A DNA stretch of 32,000 nucleotides from Candidatus Saccharimonas sp. (lineage in GTDB: Bacteria; Patescibacteriota; Saccharimonadia; Saccharimonadales; Saccharimonadaceae), in NCBI GenBank assembly GCA_015256915.3, contig CP076101.2:270001-302000 (forward strand), given 5' to 3'. Shown here piece by piece: positions 23,657 through 31,984 of the stretch. A program made the translations under genes and the position numbers. Position 1 is the stretch's first letter. Each line of letters opens with the position of its first letter. Below the pieces are notes generated by a model, which saw only the letters and a program-made list of their open reading frames with translations, ran no database searches and was not told where the DNA came from.

Positions 23657-24523
23657 ATGTATTCAAGAGCAACTCCTTTTCAAAAAGCAGACAAAATTGC
23701 TGGAACGCATCAAAAAATTGATCGTGCGGCTCGCTTAATTTTGCGAGAAATTATTTCGAAAAATCCAAAATTTTCAAAAATTCACTTCCCTAAAATTGAT
23801 GAAATTTTAGTTTTTGAGGGGAATGGTGGTCCTGATGGAATCAAAACAAAATCACCAGGAAAAGATGAACCTTGGCATTTTGTTGAGCCTTATGGTGATT
23901 TAGCACCAATTAGAAGCTACGTTGAAAATCATCTTTTTAATATTTCGAAAGCCTTAAGCGAAGAAAATTTTGTACGAGCAAGTTTTGAAGCTGGCTGGAT
24001 GGCGCATGCAATAACCGATGCTTTAACACCAGCTCATCAGTTCCCGATGACTGATAAAATTATTGAAATTTCTGGAAAAAAACCTGAAGAACGCGATAAA
24101 TTGATTAAAAAGATGTTTCTTTCTGGAGAAAATTGGCGCGAGCGGATTTTAAAGAACTGGGAATATATTGGGCCGAAAGGCGTAATGAGTTCACATATGC
24201 TTTATGAAATGGGTGTCGCTACAATGATAACTTCAATTGCTGCAAAGAAAATCATAAAGAGCCCAACAGATGAAGAAATTTTGCGAGTTTTAAAGGGTGA
24301 ATTTATGCAAATTTTTGAAGAAAAAATTAAGTGGGTCGCCGACCAAAAATATTACGAAAGATATTTAGAGAAAGGCTGGACGACTGCTTTGGCGCGAGAA
24401 ACTAAACATGATCTTTTGCCTGAAATCTCAAAAATTGTGGCACTCGGATGGTTTGAAGGTATCCGTCGAGCTCTTGAAGAAGATTTCGAAAATGCAAAAA
24501 ATAAATCTGAGGATAAAAAATGA
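23657..24523 (+). CDS. hypothetical protein, possibly phospholipase C / P1-nuclease-fold
   Basis: The start is set at ATG 23657 (in frame with the track ORF 23582). AGWMAHAITDALTPAHQF resembles the H-x-x-x-D-x-x-x-P-x-H metal-site motif of the PLC/S1-P1 superfamily. This is a weak, motif-only call. Confidence 0.55.
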   Translation: MYSRATPFQKADKIAGTHQKIDRAARLILREIISKNPKFSKIHFPKIDEILVFEGNGGPDGIKTKSPGKDEPWHFVEPYGDLAPIRSYVENHLFNISKALSEENFVRASFEAGWMAHAITDALTPAHQFPMTDKIIEISGKKPEERDKLIKKMFLSGENWRERILKNWEYIGPKGVMSSHMLYEMGVATMITSIAAKKIIKSPTDEEILRVLKGEFMQIFEEKIKWVADQKYYERYLEKGWTTALARETKHDLLPEISKIVALGWFEGIRRALEEDFENAKNKSEDKK

Positions 24524-25098
24524 ACATTCGGTTGATTTCAGGGATTTTTAAAAATCATAAAATCACAGCTCCGAATTCTCGCCAAACTCATCCAATGAGC
24601 GAACGAGCAAGAAACGCAATTTTTAATACAATTCAGGCGGAAATTCCAAATGCTGAAGTTCTTGATGCTTTCGCTGGGACTGGATCTTTAGGTCTTGAAG
24701 CGATTTCTCGTGGTGCTAAAAAAGTAGTTTTCATTGAAAAAAACAGATTAGCACAAAAAATATTAGCCGAAAACTTAAAAATTATTGAGAAGAATGAAAA
24801 TGCTGGCGAAGCTAAAATAATTCGAAGCAGTGTTTCGGGCTGGATTGGGTCGAGCCAATCTCAATTTGAAATTGGTGAAATTTTAGAAATTCCAACTTTT
24901 GATATAATTTTTGCCGATCCGCCATACTACGACCCTCAATTTCCATCTATCGAAAGGCTTTCGAAAAGGTTAAGATCTGATGGAATATTAGTTCTATCGC
25001 AACCCAAAGAAATTGAAAATTTTAAAGCAGAAAATTTAATTTTAATTAGTGAAAAGCTATATTCTGGCGCAAAAATCTTATTTTTTCGTGCAAAATAA
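24520..25098 (+). CDS. rsmD: 16S rRNA (guanine966-N2)-methyltransferase RsmD
   Basis: DAFAGTGSLGLEAISRGAKKVVFIEKN (SAM motif I) and FADPPY (motif IV). About 190 aa. The ATGA overlap with the upstream gene indicates translational coupling. Confidence 0.88.
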   Translation: MNIRLISGIFKNHKITAPNSRQTHPMSERARNAIFNTIQAEIPNAEVLDAFAGTGSLGLEAISRGAKKVVFIEKNRLAQKILAENLKIIEKNENAGEAKIIRSSVSGWIGSSQSQFEIGEILEIPTFDIIFADPPYYDPQFPSIERLSKRLRSDGILVLSQPKEIENFKAENLILISEKLYSGAKILFFRAK

Positions 25099-25101
25099 TA
25101 A

Positions 25102-25126
25102 AATAACCCTTAGGAGAAGGGTTATT
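25102..25126. terminator. bidirectional terminator between convergent rsmD and the 312-aa gene
   Basis: 10-bp stem AATAACCCTT (25102-25111) / AAGGGTTATT (25117-25126), 5-nt loop, with T/A runs on both sides. Confidence 0.75.
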
Positions 25127-25139
25127 TTATTGGGTTAAA

Positions 25140-26078
25140 TTACAATCTTTCAAAAGAGTTGGCGAAATTCGCAAAATTATTATCAAGAATATCTCCGCCA
25201 TTATTTGAACCCACTGCAATAAAGAATACTCGAGTTTTTCCAGATTTATCTTTTTTAGCAGGTAGGGATAATATCTTCATATATTGACTGTTGTGTGAGA
25301 TGTTTCCTTCAACTGCCCGAGCTCCTTTGAAATCGATTACTTTGAAATCTTCTTCTGAAACATACTTTGAAAAATTACCGCCGACACCATTGATTGCAGA
25401 GTGGATTAATTCCTCATTGCTGAGTTTTTGAGTGTCTTCATAATTTTCATCTGTGTCTGTATAGCCAATGATGTAGGCATTTATTGTATTGTTTGTGGAG
25501 TCTGAGGATGCACAAATATAGCCAACTGAATTATCGCTATTATTTTGTTTTGTAAAATTATCGCATCCTTTTGCTTTAATTGCAAAAACGCCTTCCTCAG
25601 GTATGAACTTACCTGCATTTTTAGCTTTTCTAGTTCGCTCTTTAATCTTATCCTTATCAAACAGTTCGTTGTCTTCTGTTAAGTCTGTTGTTTTATAAGG
25701 CTTAGTCTCATTAGTTATATTTTTTACTGTATTTAATGTATTTATTGTTGCTAAACTGTAAATTATAACGGATAATACGGTAAAAATTATATACGACAAC
25801 CAGCAAAAAAGATTTGCTTTTTTATTTGCGGTAGGGTCATTTTTTATAGCTGGCTTAACTATTACAAAGAATAAAATTAATCCCAGTATATTTAAACCTA
25901 GTGGCAATGCCATCGAAGCTCGTTTAACGTCACCAATTTTTAAAGTTTGTTCTTTAACTTTTTTATTGAAAAGAATAATTTCAACAATAGCCCAGACAAA
26001 AAATGCGATCTGCGCAATTCCTAAAATTATTAGGAAGACTCCCATTAGAAGCATTCCACCAATCATATTATTTACCAT
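25140..26078 (-). CDS. hypothetical membrane protein (about 4 N-terminal TM helices plus an extracytoplasmic domain)
   Basis: Strong AAGGAGGA Shine-Dalgarno. Several hydrophobic helices lie in the first 110 aa. No family recognised. It overlaps the upstream gene by 11 nt. Confidence 0.7.
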   Translation of the reverse strand: MVNNMIGGMLLMGVFLIILGIAQIAFFVWAIVEIILFNKKVKEQTLKIGDVKRASMALPLGLNILGLILFFVIVKPAIKNDPTANKKANLFCWLSYIIFTVLSVIIYSLATINTLNTVKNITNETKPYKTTDLTEDNELFDKDKIKERTRKAKNAGKFIPEEGVFAIKAKGCDNFTKQNNSDNSVGYICASSDSTNNTINAYIIGYTDTDENYEDTQKLSNEELIHSAINGVGGNFSKYVSEEDFKVIDFKGARAVEGNISHNSQYMKILSLPAKKDKSGKTRVFFIAVGSNNGGDILDNNFANFANSFERL

Positions 26079-26736
26079 TTTCTAATTCCTCCTTTTCATC
26101 TTCAAAAACTGTAAATAGTGAAATTACCACTGGCAAAATAATCAAAAAGAAAATTTCAACCTGCGGCAGAAAAATCGATATCAACGCAATAACCGCAATC
26201 CATAAAACCATCATTCCTGTGCGAATTAAATGGTAATTTCTTTGGGCTTTACGATTTTCACCATGAAAGAACCCTGTATTTTCGCCTAAGGCACTTGCAG
26301 TAATCCAGCGCATGCTTAAATCTGTAAAAAGGTAAACCATTGCATAGCAGAAAGCAGGTAAAACCTCTGTTGGCGATGAAAGCACCCAACGCATAAATAG
26401 TGGAATAAGCGATAAAAAGAAAACATAAATCATATTTTTCCAGATAAAGCTATTCGTAACCTTTTCAACTCTATCTAAAATATGATGATGACGATTCCAC
26501 TGAATTCCAACGATCACAAAACTCGCAAAGTAAATCAAAATTGCAAATCCAAAACTTTCCAGCTGAGCTAAATCTCTAACTGATTTTGGCAATTGAATTT
26601 CAAGTACCATAAGCGTAATAATAATCGCGGTGGCGCCATCAATTAAACCAACAAGACGATCTTTCGAAATTCTTCCTCCGTGATAAATTTTGTGTATTCG
26701 ACCAAGTCGTCTGTATGCACTTCTCGTTCTATCCAT
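26068..26736 (-). CDS. TMEM175 / DUF1211-like membrane protein (putative K+ channel family)
   Basis: RLVGLIDGATAIIITLMVLEI resembles the R-x-x-x-F-S-D-G-x-x-A-I-x-x-T-L-L-V signature helix. About 6 TM segments and about 220 aa. The start is set at ATG 26736 (MDRTRS..) downstream of a -10 box; the track start is a GTG at 26763. Confidence 0.65.
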   Translation of the reverse strand: MDRTRSAYRRLGRIHKIYHGGRISKDRLVGLIDGATAIIITLMVLEIQLPKSVRDLAQLESFGFAILIYFASFVIVGIQWNRHHHILDRVEKVTNSFIWKNMIYVFFLSLIPLFMRWVLSSPTEVLPAFCYAMVYLFTDLSMRWITASALGENTGFFHGENRKAQRNYHLIRTGMMVLWIAVIALISIFLPQVEIFFLIILPVVISLFTVFEDEKEELENGK

Positions 26737-26753
26737 TTTTCCCTTTCTATACG

Positions 26754-26782
26754 ATTTTACCACATGTTTTCGAAAATTCCAA
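26754..26782 (-). promoter_or_regulatory. putative promoter of the TMEM175-like gene
   Basis: Minus strand: TTGGAA (26782-26777), 17 nt, TGG-TAAAAT (26762-26754). The short leader contains AAGGGA before ATG 26736. Confidence 0.45.
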
Positions 26783-26805
26783 GCAGCTTATGTATTTTTA
26801 TAGAA

Positions 26806-26840
26806 ACAAAAATCACCCTTTTGAAAAAGAGTGATTTTAT
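26806..26840 (-). terminator. rho-independent terminator after rpsG
   Basis: Long imperfect stem (AAAATCAC-C-CTTT / AAAG-A-GTGATTTT, 26809-26838) followed by a U-run in minus-strand RNA. It begins 6 nt after the rpsG stop. Confidence 0.6.
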
Positions 26841-26845
26841 TTAGA

Positions 26846-27325
26846 TTAGCCTCGTGCAAAGTGTGCAAAAGCTCGGTTGGCTTCTGCCATTTTATGAGTA
26901 TCTTCTTTCTTTTTGAAAGCTGCACCAGTTTCATTGTAAGCATCAACAATTTCAAGTGCCAAGCGTTGACTATAAGGCATTCCGCTTCGTGCTCGTGCTG
27001 ATTGAACCAACCAACTAAACGCAAAGTGGAGTTGTCGGTGTCCTTGAACTGGGAATGGAATTTGATAGTTTGCACCACCAACGCGTCGAGACTTAACTTC
27101 AAAAGCTGGTGAAATATTTTTTAGTGCTTTTTCGAAAACTTCAAGAGGGTTTTCACTATCAAGTTTTTTAGCTGCAGTTTCAAGAGCTTTGTAAACAGCT
27201 TTTTCGGCAGTAAGTTTCTTGCCGTCAAGCATAGATTTGTTAATTAAACGTTGAACCAAAATTGATTGATATTTTCGATCTGGCTTTAATTCTCGTTGTA
27301 GTTTTTTAGTAACTTTTCGTGGCAT
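26846..27325 (-). CDS. rpsG: 30S ribosomal protein S7 (uS7)
   Basis: MPRKVTKKLQRELKPDRKYQSILVQRLINKSMLDGKKLTAEKAVYKALE.. is canonical S7. 159 aa. Confidence 0.97.
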   Translation of the reverse strand: MPRKVTKKLQRELKPDRKYQSILVQRLINKSMLDGKKLTAEKAVYKALETAAKKLDSENPLEVFEKALKNISPAFEVKSRRVGGANYQIPFPVQGHRQLHFAFSWLVQSARARSGMPYSQRLALEIVDAYNETGAAFKKKEDTHKMAEANRAFAHFARG

Positions 27326-27327
27326 CT

Positions 27328-27738
27328 TTATTTCTCCTTCTTCGCACCGTATTTTGAACGGCCTTGTTTACGATCTGCAACACCTTGAAGGTCAAGCGCA
27401 CCACGAACGATATGATATCGCACACCTGGAAGGTCGGGCACGCGTCCACCACGAACCAAAACTACGGCGTGTTCTTGAAGGTTGTGGCCTTCACCACCAA
27501 TATAAGCCCAAACTTCGTGGCCATTTGTTAAGCGAACACGAGCAACTTTTCTAAGAGCTGAGTTAGGCTTTTTAGGTGTTTTTGTTGTAACTTTAACACA
27601 AACTCCACGTTTTAGCGGTGCATTTTGTGCATAATATTTAGTTTTTAGTGCATTATGAATTCGACCAAGTGCTGGCGATTTTGATTTTTTCGCAGCAGTT
27701 TTTCGAGGTTTTCGCACTAATTGATTGATAGTTGGCAT
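27328..27738 (-). CDS. rpsL: 30S ribosomal protein S12 (uS12)
   Basis: [13 protein letters not shown]...[29 protein letters not shown] is canonical S12. The ATG at 27738 is used (the track TTG is at 27741). GGGAG lies 5 nt upstream. Confidence 0.97.
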   Translation of the reverse strand: MPTINQLVRKPRKTAAKKSKSPALGRIHNALKTKYYAQNAPLKRGVCVKVTTKTPKKPNSALRKVARVRLTNGHEVWAYIGGEGHNLQEHAVVLVRGGRVPDLPGVRYHIVRGALDLQGVADRKQGRSKYGAKKEK

Positions 27739-27909
27739 CAATTCTCCCTTAAATTATTTTAATATTTTCACTTTTTCGAAAGTTGATAAAGTTTTCAAAA
27801 AAAGCGCCTCATATTTTTCGAAACAGCATTTTCGAAAAATGTCTTTACCTTTCTAGCTGAAATAACCAACACACAGGTTTATTCACCAGAAAGAGGAAAC
27901 TCACTAGAT

Positions 27910-27938
27910 ATTTTAGCAGATTTCGAAACAAAATGCAA
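27910..27938 (-). promoter_or_regulatory. putative rpsL-rpsG promoter (extended -10) with a leader of about 160 nt
   Basis: Minus strand: TTGCAT (27938-27933), 17 nt, TGC-TAAAAT (27918-27910). The spacer contains a TTTCGAAA copy. Confidence 0.55.
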
Positions 27939-28025
27939 GCGTTTAGGACTAATAAATCGCGTTACATAATTAAAACATATTTAAGTGGAGAATGTCATCT
28001 GTGGTTATTTTAAGATTTTCTAAAA

Positions 28026-28050
28026 TAAAAACCCGAGTAAAACTCGGGAA
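28026..28050 (-). terminator. rho-independent terminator of the 127-aa gene
   Basis: Stem CCCGAG (28032-28037) / CTCGGG (28043-28048), 5-nt loop, UUUUU in minus-strand RNA. It abuts the stop at 28051. Confidence 0.75.
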
Positions 28051-28434
28051 TTACTGAAGTATGGAAAGTCTAAGGTCATGAATAAACTTCGTGAGTTTTC
28101 TGTTTGCTTCAGTAAATATGCTTTTTGATTTGAAATTATTTACCTCAAAATCATTCCGCTCGTATATCTCGCCATTTTCAATTGTTAAGATGGTATAGCG
28201 CCGGTTTTTTAAGATTTTTAACTCAATATTGTTTCGCATATAGATCGCAAGCTCATCACCTAAACATTCGATTAGAGTATAGATTTCTCGTGAAGAGTTT
28301 TTATATAGAAAAGCTTCTGTTCGAAAAGTATTTGGCTCCTCGAAAGATACAAATGTTGTACTTTTAATATCCGAAAATCCAGCCTCTAGAAGTAATTTTT
28401 CAACTACCTCCATCTTGAAACATAACTCAGCCAT
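28051..28434 (-). CDS. hypothetical protein (127 aa), remote paralogue of 28543..28989
   Basis: GGAGG Shine-Dalgarno and its own terminator. It shares the pattern LL-x-AGF ... EA-x-L ... LG-x-EL with the neighbouring gene. No family recognised. Confidence 0.65.
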   Translation of the reverse strand: MAELCFKMEVVEKLLLEAGFSDIKSTTFVSFEEPNTFRTEAFLYKNSSREIYTLIECLGDELAIYMRNNIELKILKNRRYTILTIENGEIYERNDFEVNNFKSKSIFTEANRKLTKFIHDLRLSILQ

Positions 28435-28496
28435 TTTTGAAACCTCCGTGAAAAGAACTAGATTTTAATTATATACTTAAAGAGTGAAAAAATCAA

Positions 28497-28522
28497 GAAA
28501 AAACCCAGCTTTTTGCTGGGTT
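28497..28522 (-). terminator. rho-independent terminator of the 148-aa gene
   Basis: Stem AACCCAGC (28502-28509) / GCTGGGTT (28515-28522), 5-nt loop, UUUU in minus-strand RNA. Confidence 0.7.
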
Positions 28523-28542
28523 AATAATTATTTTGCGAATCT

Positions 28543-28989
28543 TTATCTACGGCGCTCGAACTCATTTTCGAGTTCATCGAAAAATGAATTAGTCTTACGC
28601 TCGCACTCTCGCAGGAGGCTTGTCTGAGTTTCATTACCAAAAACTAGACCTTTCGATACTTCGCTTTTGATACATTTTGGTAGATAAACATCTTTTACAA
28701 AAAGATAGTTTACATTTTTAGGAGCCTGTGTATTAGACTGCGCTGAGAATTTTAATTCATTGCCTAGATGATGAACTGAGATTGTGAATGAATTTCCCCG
28801 TTCATCAAAAAGTTTCGCTTCTAAATCTATCGCTCCTTCTTCAGTTGGTGCTAAAACTTCAACTGATTGAAAACCTGCACCCAGAAGCGCATCCATCAAA
28901 AAATCTTCTGAGAAGTAATTCTCGTGATAAAGCTTTTGTTTTGCTTTATATATACTGAGAGCCGATTTGAACCAATTTAGAATTGACAT
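28543..28989 (-). CDS. hypothetical protein (148 aa), remote paralogue of 28051..28434
   Basis: AAGAGG Shine-Dalgarno and its own terminator. No family recognised. Confidence 0.65.
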   Translation of the reverse strand: MSILNWFKSALSIYKAKQKLYHENYFSEDFLMDALLGAGFQSVEVLAPTEEGAIDLEAKLFDERGNSFTISVHHLGNELKFSAQSNTQAPKNVNYLFVKDVYLPKCIKSEVSKGLVFGNETQTSLLRECERKTNSFFDELENEFERRR

Positions 28990-29083
28990 ATTTTTTTACC
29001 TCTTTGTAAAATACTTAAACTTAAACTATAAAATTTAAGTTTAGCTTGTAGTATTCTACCATAAAAATATAAAAATGTCAATG

Positions 29084-30193
29084 TTAAATGACGATTCCGC
29101 CACCCAAACAAACTTCACCAGAATAAAATACAACACTTTGGCCACTAGTAATTGCGCGTTGTTCATCTTGCAATTCAATTTTTGCCAAATTATCACTTTC
29201 GAAAAAGATTTTTGCATTCACGAGTGGCGCACGATGGCGGATTCGAACTTGAATTTCTGCCCCATTTTCAACTTTTTGGCTGATCCAGTGAAGTGCTGAA
29301 ACTTCGATTTTATTAGACCAAAGTTCGCCGTTATTAATATCAGTCGTTACGAAAACTTCGTTAGTTTCCATATTTTTACCACAAACATAAAATGGTAGTC
29401 CGCCGCCAATATTTAAGCCGTGGCGCTGACCTAAAGTGTAAAAAATCGCACCGTCGTGCCAACCGAGAACTTCGCCTGTATTTTTGTTAATGATTTTTCC
29501 TGGTTTTTGTTCGGGGATAAATTGTTTTAGAAAATCACGAATTCCAATTTTTCCAACAAAGCAAATTCCTTGTGAATCTTTTTTTTGAGCAGTAAAAAGC
29601 CCGCGCTCTTTCGCCATCTCGCGCACTTCAGGTTTAGTAAATTTACCAAGTGGAAACAAAGTTCGTCCCAAAGCCTCACCTCGCACACGATACAAAAAAT
29701 AAGTTTGGTCTTTATTTTCATCTTTTGCGCGAAGTAGCTCGCCTTTTCCACTTTTCGAAAGGTTGAAATTTTCGTCAGAATTTTCAGTAAAAGCATTTCG
29801 AACGCCAGCGTAATGGCCTGTTGCAATTAGATCGGCTCCATCTTCAAGTGCAGCCTCTAAGAAAAGCTTAAATTTTACTTCTTGATTACACATTATATCG
29901 GGGTTTGGTGTGCGGCCAATTTCGTATTCGTCAAGCATATATTGCACAACTTTTTCGCGGTAGTGTTTTTCGAAATCAAAAACTTTAAAATCAATGCCCA
30001 GCTGAACCGCAACTCTTTTTGCGTCGGCCAAATCTTCTGCCCAAGGACATTTCATTCCTGGTAAATCTTGCGTCCAGTTTTTCATATAAACGCCCACAAC
30101 GTTATATCCTTGCTCTTTTAAAAGTGCCGCAGTTAAAGATGAGTCTACGCCACCACTCATTCCAACATATACTTTAATTTTTGAATTATCCAT
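29084..30193 (-). CDS. mnmA: tRNA-specific 2-thiouridylase MnmA
   Basis: PP-loop VGMSGGVDSS, CPWAEDL.., NPDIMCN, and catalytic Cys in SQGICFVG. 369 aa. Confidence 0.95.
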   Translation of the reverse strand: MDNSKIKVYVGMSGGVDSSLTAALLKEQGYNVVGVYMKNWTQDLPGMKCPWAEDLADAKRVAVQLGIDFKVFDFEKHYREKVVQYMLDEYEIGRTPNPDIMCNQEVKFKLFLEAALEDGADLIATGHYAGVRNAFTENSDENFNLSKSGKGELLRAKDENKDQTYFLYRVRGEALGRTLFPLGKFTKPEVREMAKERGLFTAQKKDSQGICFVGKIGIRDFLKQFIPEQKPGKIINKNTGEVLGWHDGAIFYTLGQRHGLNIGGGLPFYVCGKNMETNEVFVTTDINNGELWSNKIEVSALHWISQKVENGAEIQVRIRHRAPLVNAKIFFESDNLAKIELQDEQRAITSGQSVVFYSGEVCLGGGIVI

Positions 30194-30808
30194 TTATTCT
30201 CCTATATAAAATCTAAAAATTCCAAAAAGCTCGCTCATCGAGAGATACCAACCGCGTGAATTTGTCCACCAAAATCCATTCCAATCTGGATCATTCAAAA
30301 CTGGTGCCGAAATCACCTCTACGCCCGAACCTTCTAGAGCTTTTTCGAATTCGAGTCTTGCTCGAGTTTGATGATATTTTGAAGTGGTTAGAGTTACGCG
30401 CTTATAGCCATTTTGCTTAATTATTTTTGCAGTAAATTGTGCATTTTGGTGAGTGTTTTGAGCCTTTTCTTCGAGTAAAATTTCTTCTTCTAAAACTCCT
30501 TGTTTTCGGGCTAAATTAGCCATTTGGCGCGCATCGCTTAAAACTTTAGGATTAGAGTTTGCACCTGAAAAAATCAACTTTTTAGCTTCAACCGATTTAA
30601 AAATTTCAATTGCCTCGCGAGTTCTTAAAGCAGTATTTCCGCCAGAAATCGCTATAACTGCATCAATTTTTTGAGAACATTCGCCTTTTTTGTAGTTTGG
30701 GCAAATTTCGGCGAGCCGATTTTTATCGCTAATAATTAAAGTTGCGCTAATAATAAAAACCGCAACTAAACCCACAAAGGCTAAAATCCAGGCAATAAAT
30801 TTTACCAT
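30194..30808 (-). CDS. DUF218 (YdcF/ElyC/SanA-like) membrane-anchored protein
   Basis: N-terminal TM helix, then AVIAISGGNT...LIFSGAN...VTLTTSKYHQTRA, typical of DUF218. There is zero intergenic distance to both neighbours. Confidence 0.8.
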   Translation of the reverse strand: MVKFIAWILAFVGLVAVFIISATLIISDKNRLAEICPNYKKGECSQKIDAVIAISGGNTALRTREAIEIFKSVEAKKLIFSGANSNPKVLSDARQMANLARKQGVLEEEILLEEKAQNTHQNAQFTAKIIKQNGYKRVTLTTSKYHQTRARLEFEKALEGSGVEVISAPVLNDPDWNGFWWTNSRGWYLSMSELFGIFRFYIGE

Positions 30809-31984
30809 TTATTTTTGAATCCTCTTAAATTCAGCTTGCACAGTTTTCGAAATTATTTCAGCTGCACGCTTTATGTTTTCTTCATTCGAAAGTTTTCCTA
30901 GCGAGATTCGCAAGCTTCCATCGGCCTCAGAATCGCTCAAGCCCATTGCGGTTAAAGTGTGCGAACGTGTACCTTTATTTGCTGCACAAGCTGAACCTGT
31001 TGCCACTAAAACCCCTTGCGTTTCGAGTGCAAAAACCATCCGCTCGGCGTCAATTCCGGGAAAAGATACTGAAATGTGGCTTGCAAGCTGTTTTTTTGGA
31101 TTTCCAAGAAAAATTATTTCTTCATTCGAAAAGTTTTCGCTTAAAGTTTTTTTGAATAATTCCTTTAATTTTCGAAGGCGTTCATTTTCTTTTTTGCGAT
31201 GCTTTTCTGCCAATTGAATAGCTTTCGCAAAACCAATTACACTTGGTACATTTTCAGTTCCGCTTCGCAGATTTCGCTCTTGTCCGCCGCCCACAATTTG
31301 TGCATTAAATTCAATTTCGCGATTAGCCCACAAAAGACCAGTTTGTTTTGGCCCATAAATCTTGCCAGCGTTTAAAGTTAGCATATCTACGCCAAGTCTT
31401 GCAACTGAAATATCCAGTTGACCAACACCTTGACTAGCATCAGAATGGAGATAAATCGGCGTTTTTTCACCATTTGAAAGCCGTCGCATTCGTTCTTCTC
31501 GTACAATTTCGGCAATTTTCGAAATTGGCTGAATTACACCCGTTTCATTATTTGCAAGCATTACTGAAACAATCTTTGTTTTTGGCGAAATTTTTGCACG
31601 TAAATCTTCAAGGTCTATTATGCTATCTTTTTTAATTCTTACAAGTTTTTGGATACCGTATTTTTTGGCTGAATTCAAAACCGCGTGATGCTCAAATTCA
31701 CCAACCAAGATTTCATCGCCATTTTCTTTCGAAGCTGCTGAAAATGCTAAATTAATGCTTTCAGTTGCTCCAGCTGTAATCACAATTTCATCGCTTTTTG
31801 CGCCAATATTTTGCGCAATTTGATGTTTTGCGTCCTCATAGTCTCTTCGAACATCCAAAGCTTGAACATAAGGCGCACTTGGATTGTAGAATTTTTCACT
31901 AAAATATGGCAACATCGCAGCCAAAACTTTTTCACTCACCGGTGTTGTGGCGGCATGGTCAAGATAAATAATTTCCTCGTTCAT
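30809..31984 (-). CDS. iscS: cysteine desulfurase, IscS/NifS/YrvO type (class V aminotransferase)
   Basis: IYLDHAATTP, HSDASQGVG, PLP-lysine context LNAGKIYGPKQTG, and active-site Cys in ATGSACAAN. The start is set at ATG 31984 (MNEEIIYLD..), 7 nt after TGT-TATACT (32000-31992); the track start is a TTG at 31990. Confidence 0.92.
   Translation of the reverse strand: MNEEIIYLDHAATTPVSEKVLAAMLPYFSEKFYNPSAPYVQALDVRRDYEDAKHQIAQNIGAKSDEIVITAGATESINLAFSAASKENGDEILVGEFEHHAVLNSAKKYGIQKLVRIKKDSIIDLEDLRAKISPKTKIVSVMLANNETGVIQPISKIAEIVREERMRRLSNGEKTPIYLHSDASQGVGQLDISVARLGVDMLTLNAGKIYGPKQTGLLWANREIEFNAQIVGGGQERNLRSGTENVPSVIGFAKAIQLAEKHRKKENERLRKLKELFKKTLSENFSNEEIIFLGNPKKQLASHISVSFPGIDAERMVFALETQGVLVATGSACAANKGTRSHTLTAMGLSDSEADGSLRISLGKLSNEENIKRAAEIISKTVQAEFKRIQK

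Noticed and set aside
29016-29043. AT-rich 10-bp inverted repeat TAAACTTAAA / TTTAAGTTTA between mnmA and the 148-aa gene, a possible mnmA terminator or operator.
   Set aside because: The stem has a single G-C pair and a weak U-run. Such AT-only palindromes arise easily in AT-rich spacers, so it is not confidently a terminator.
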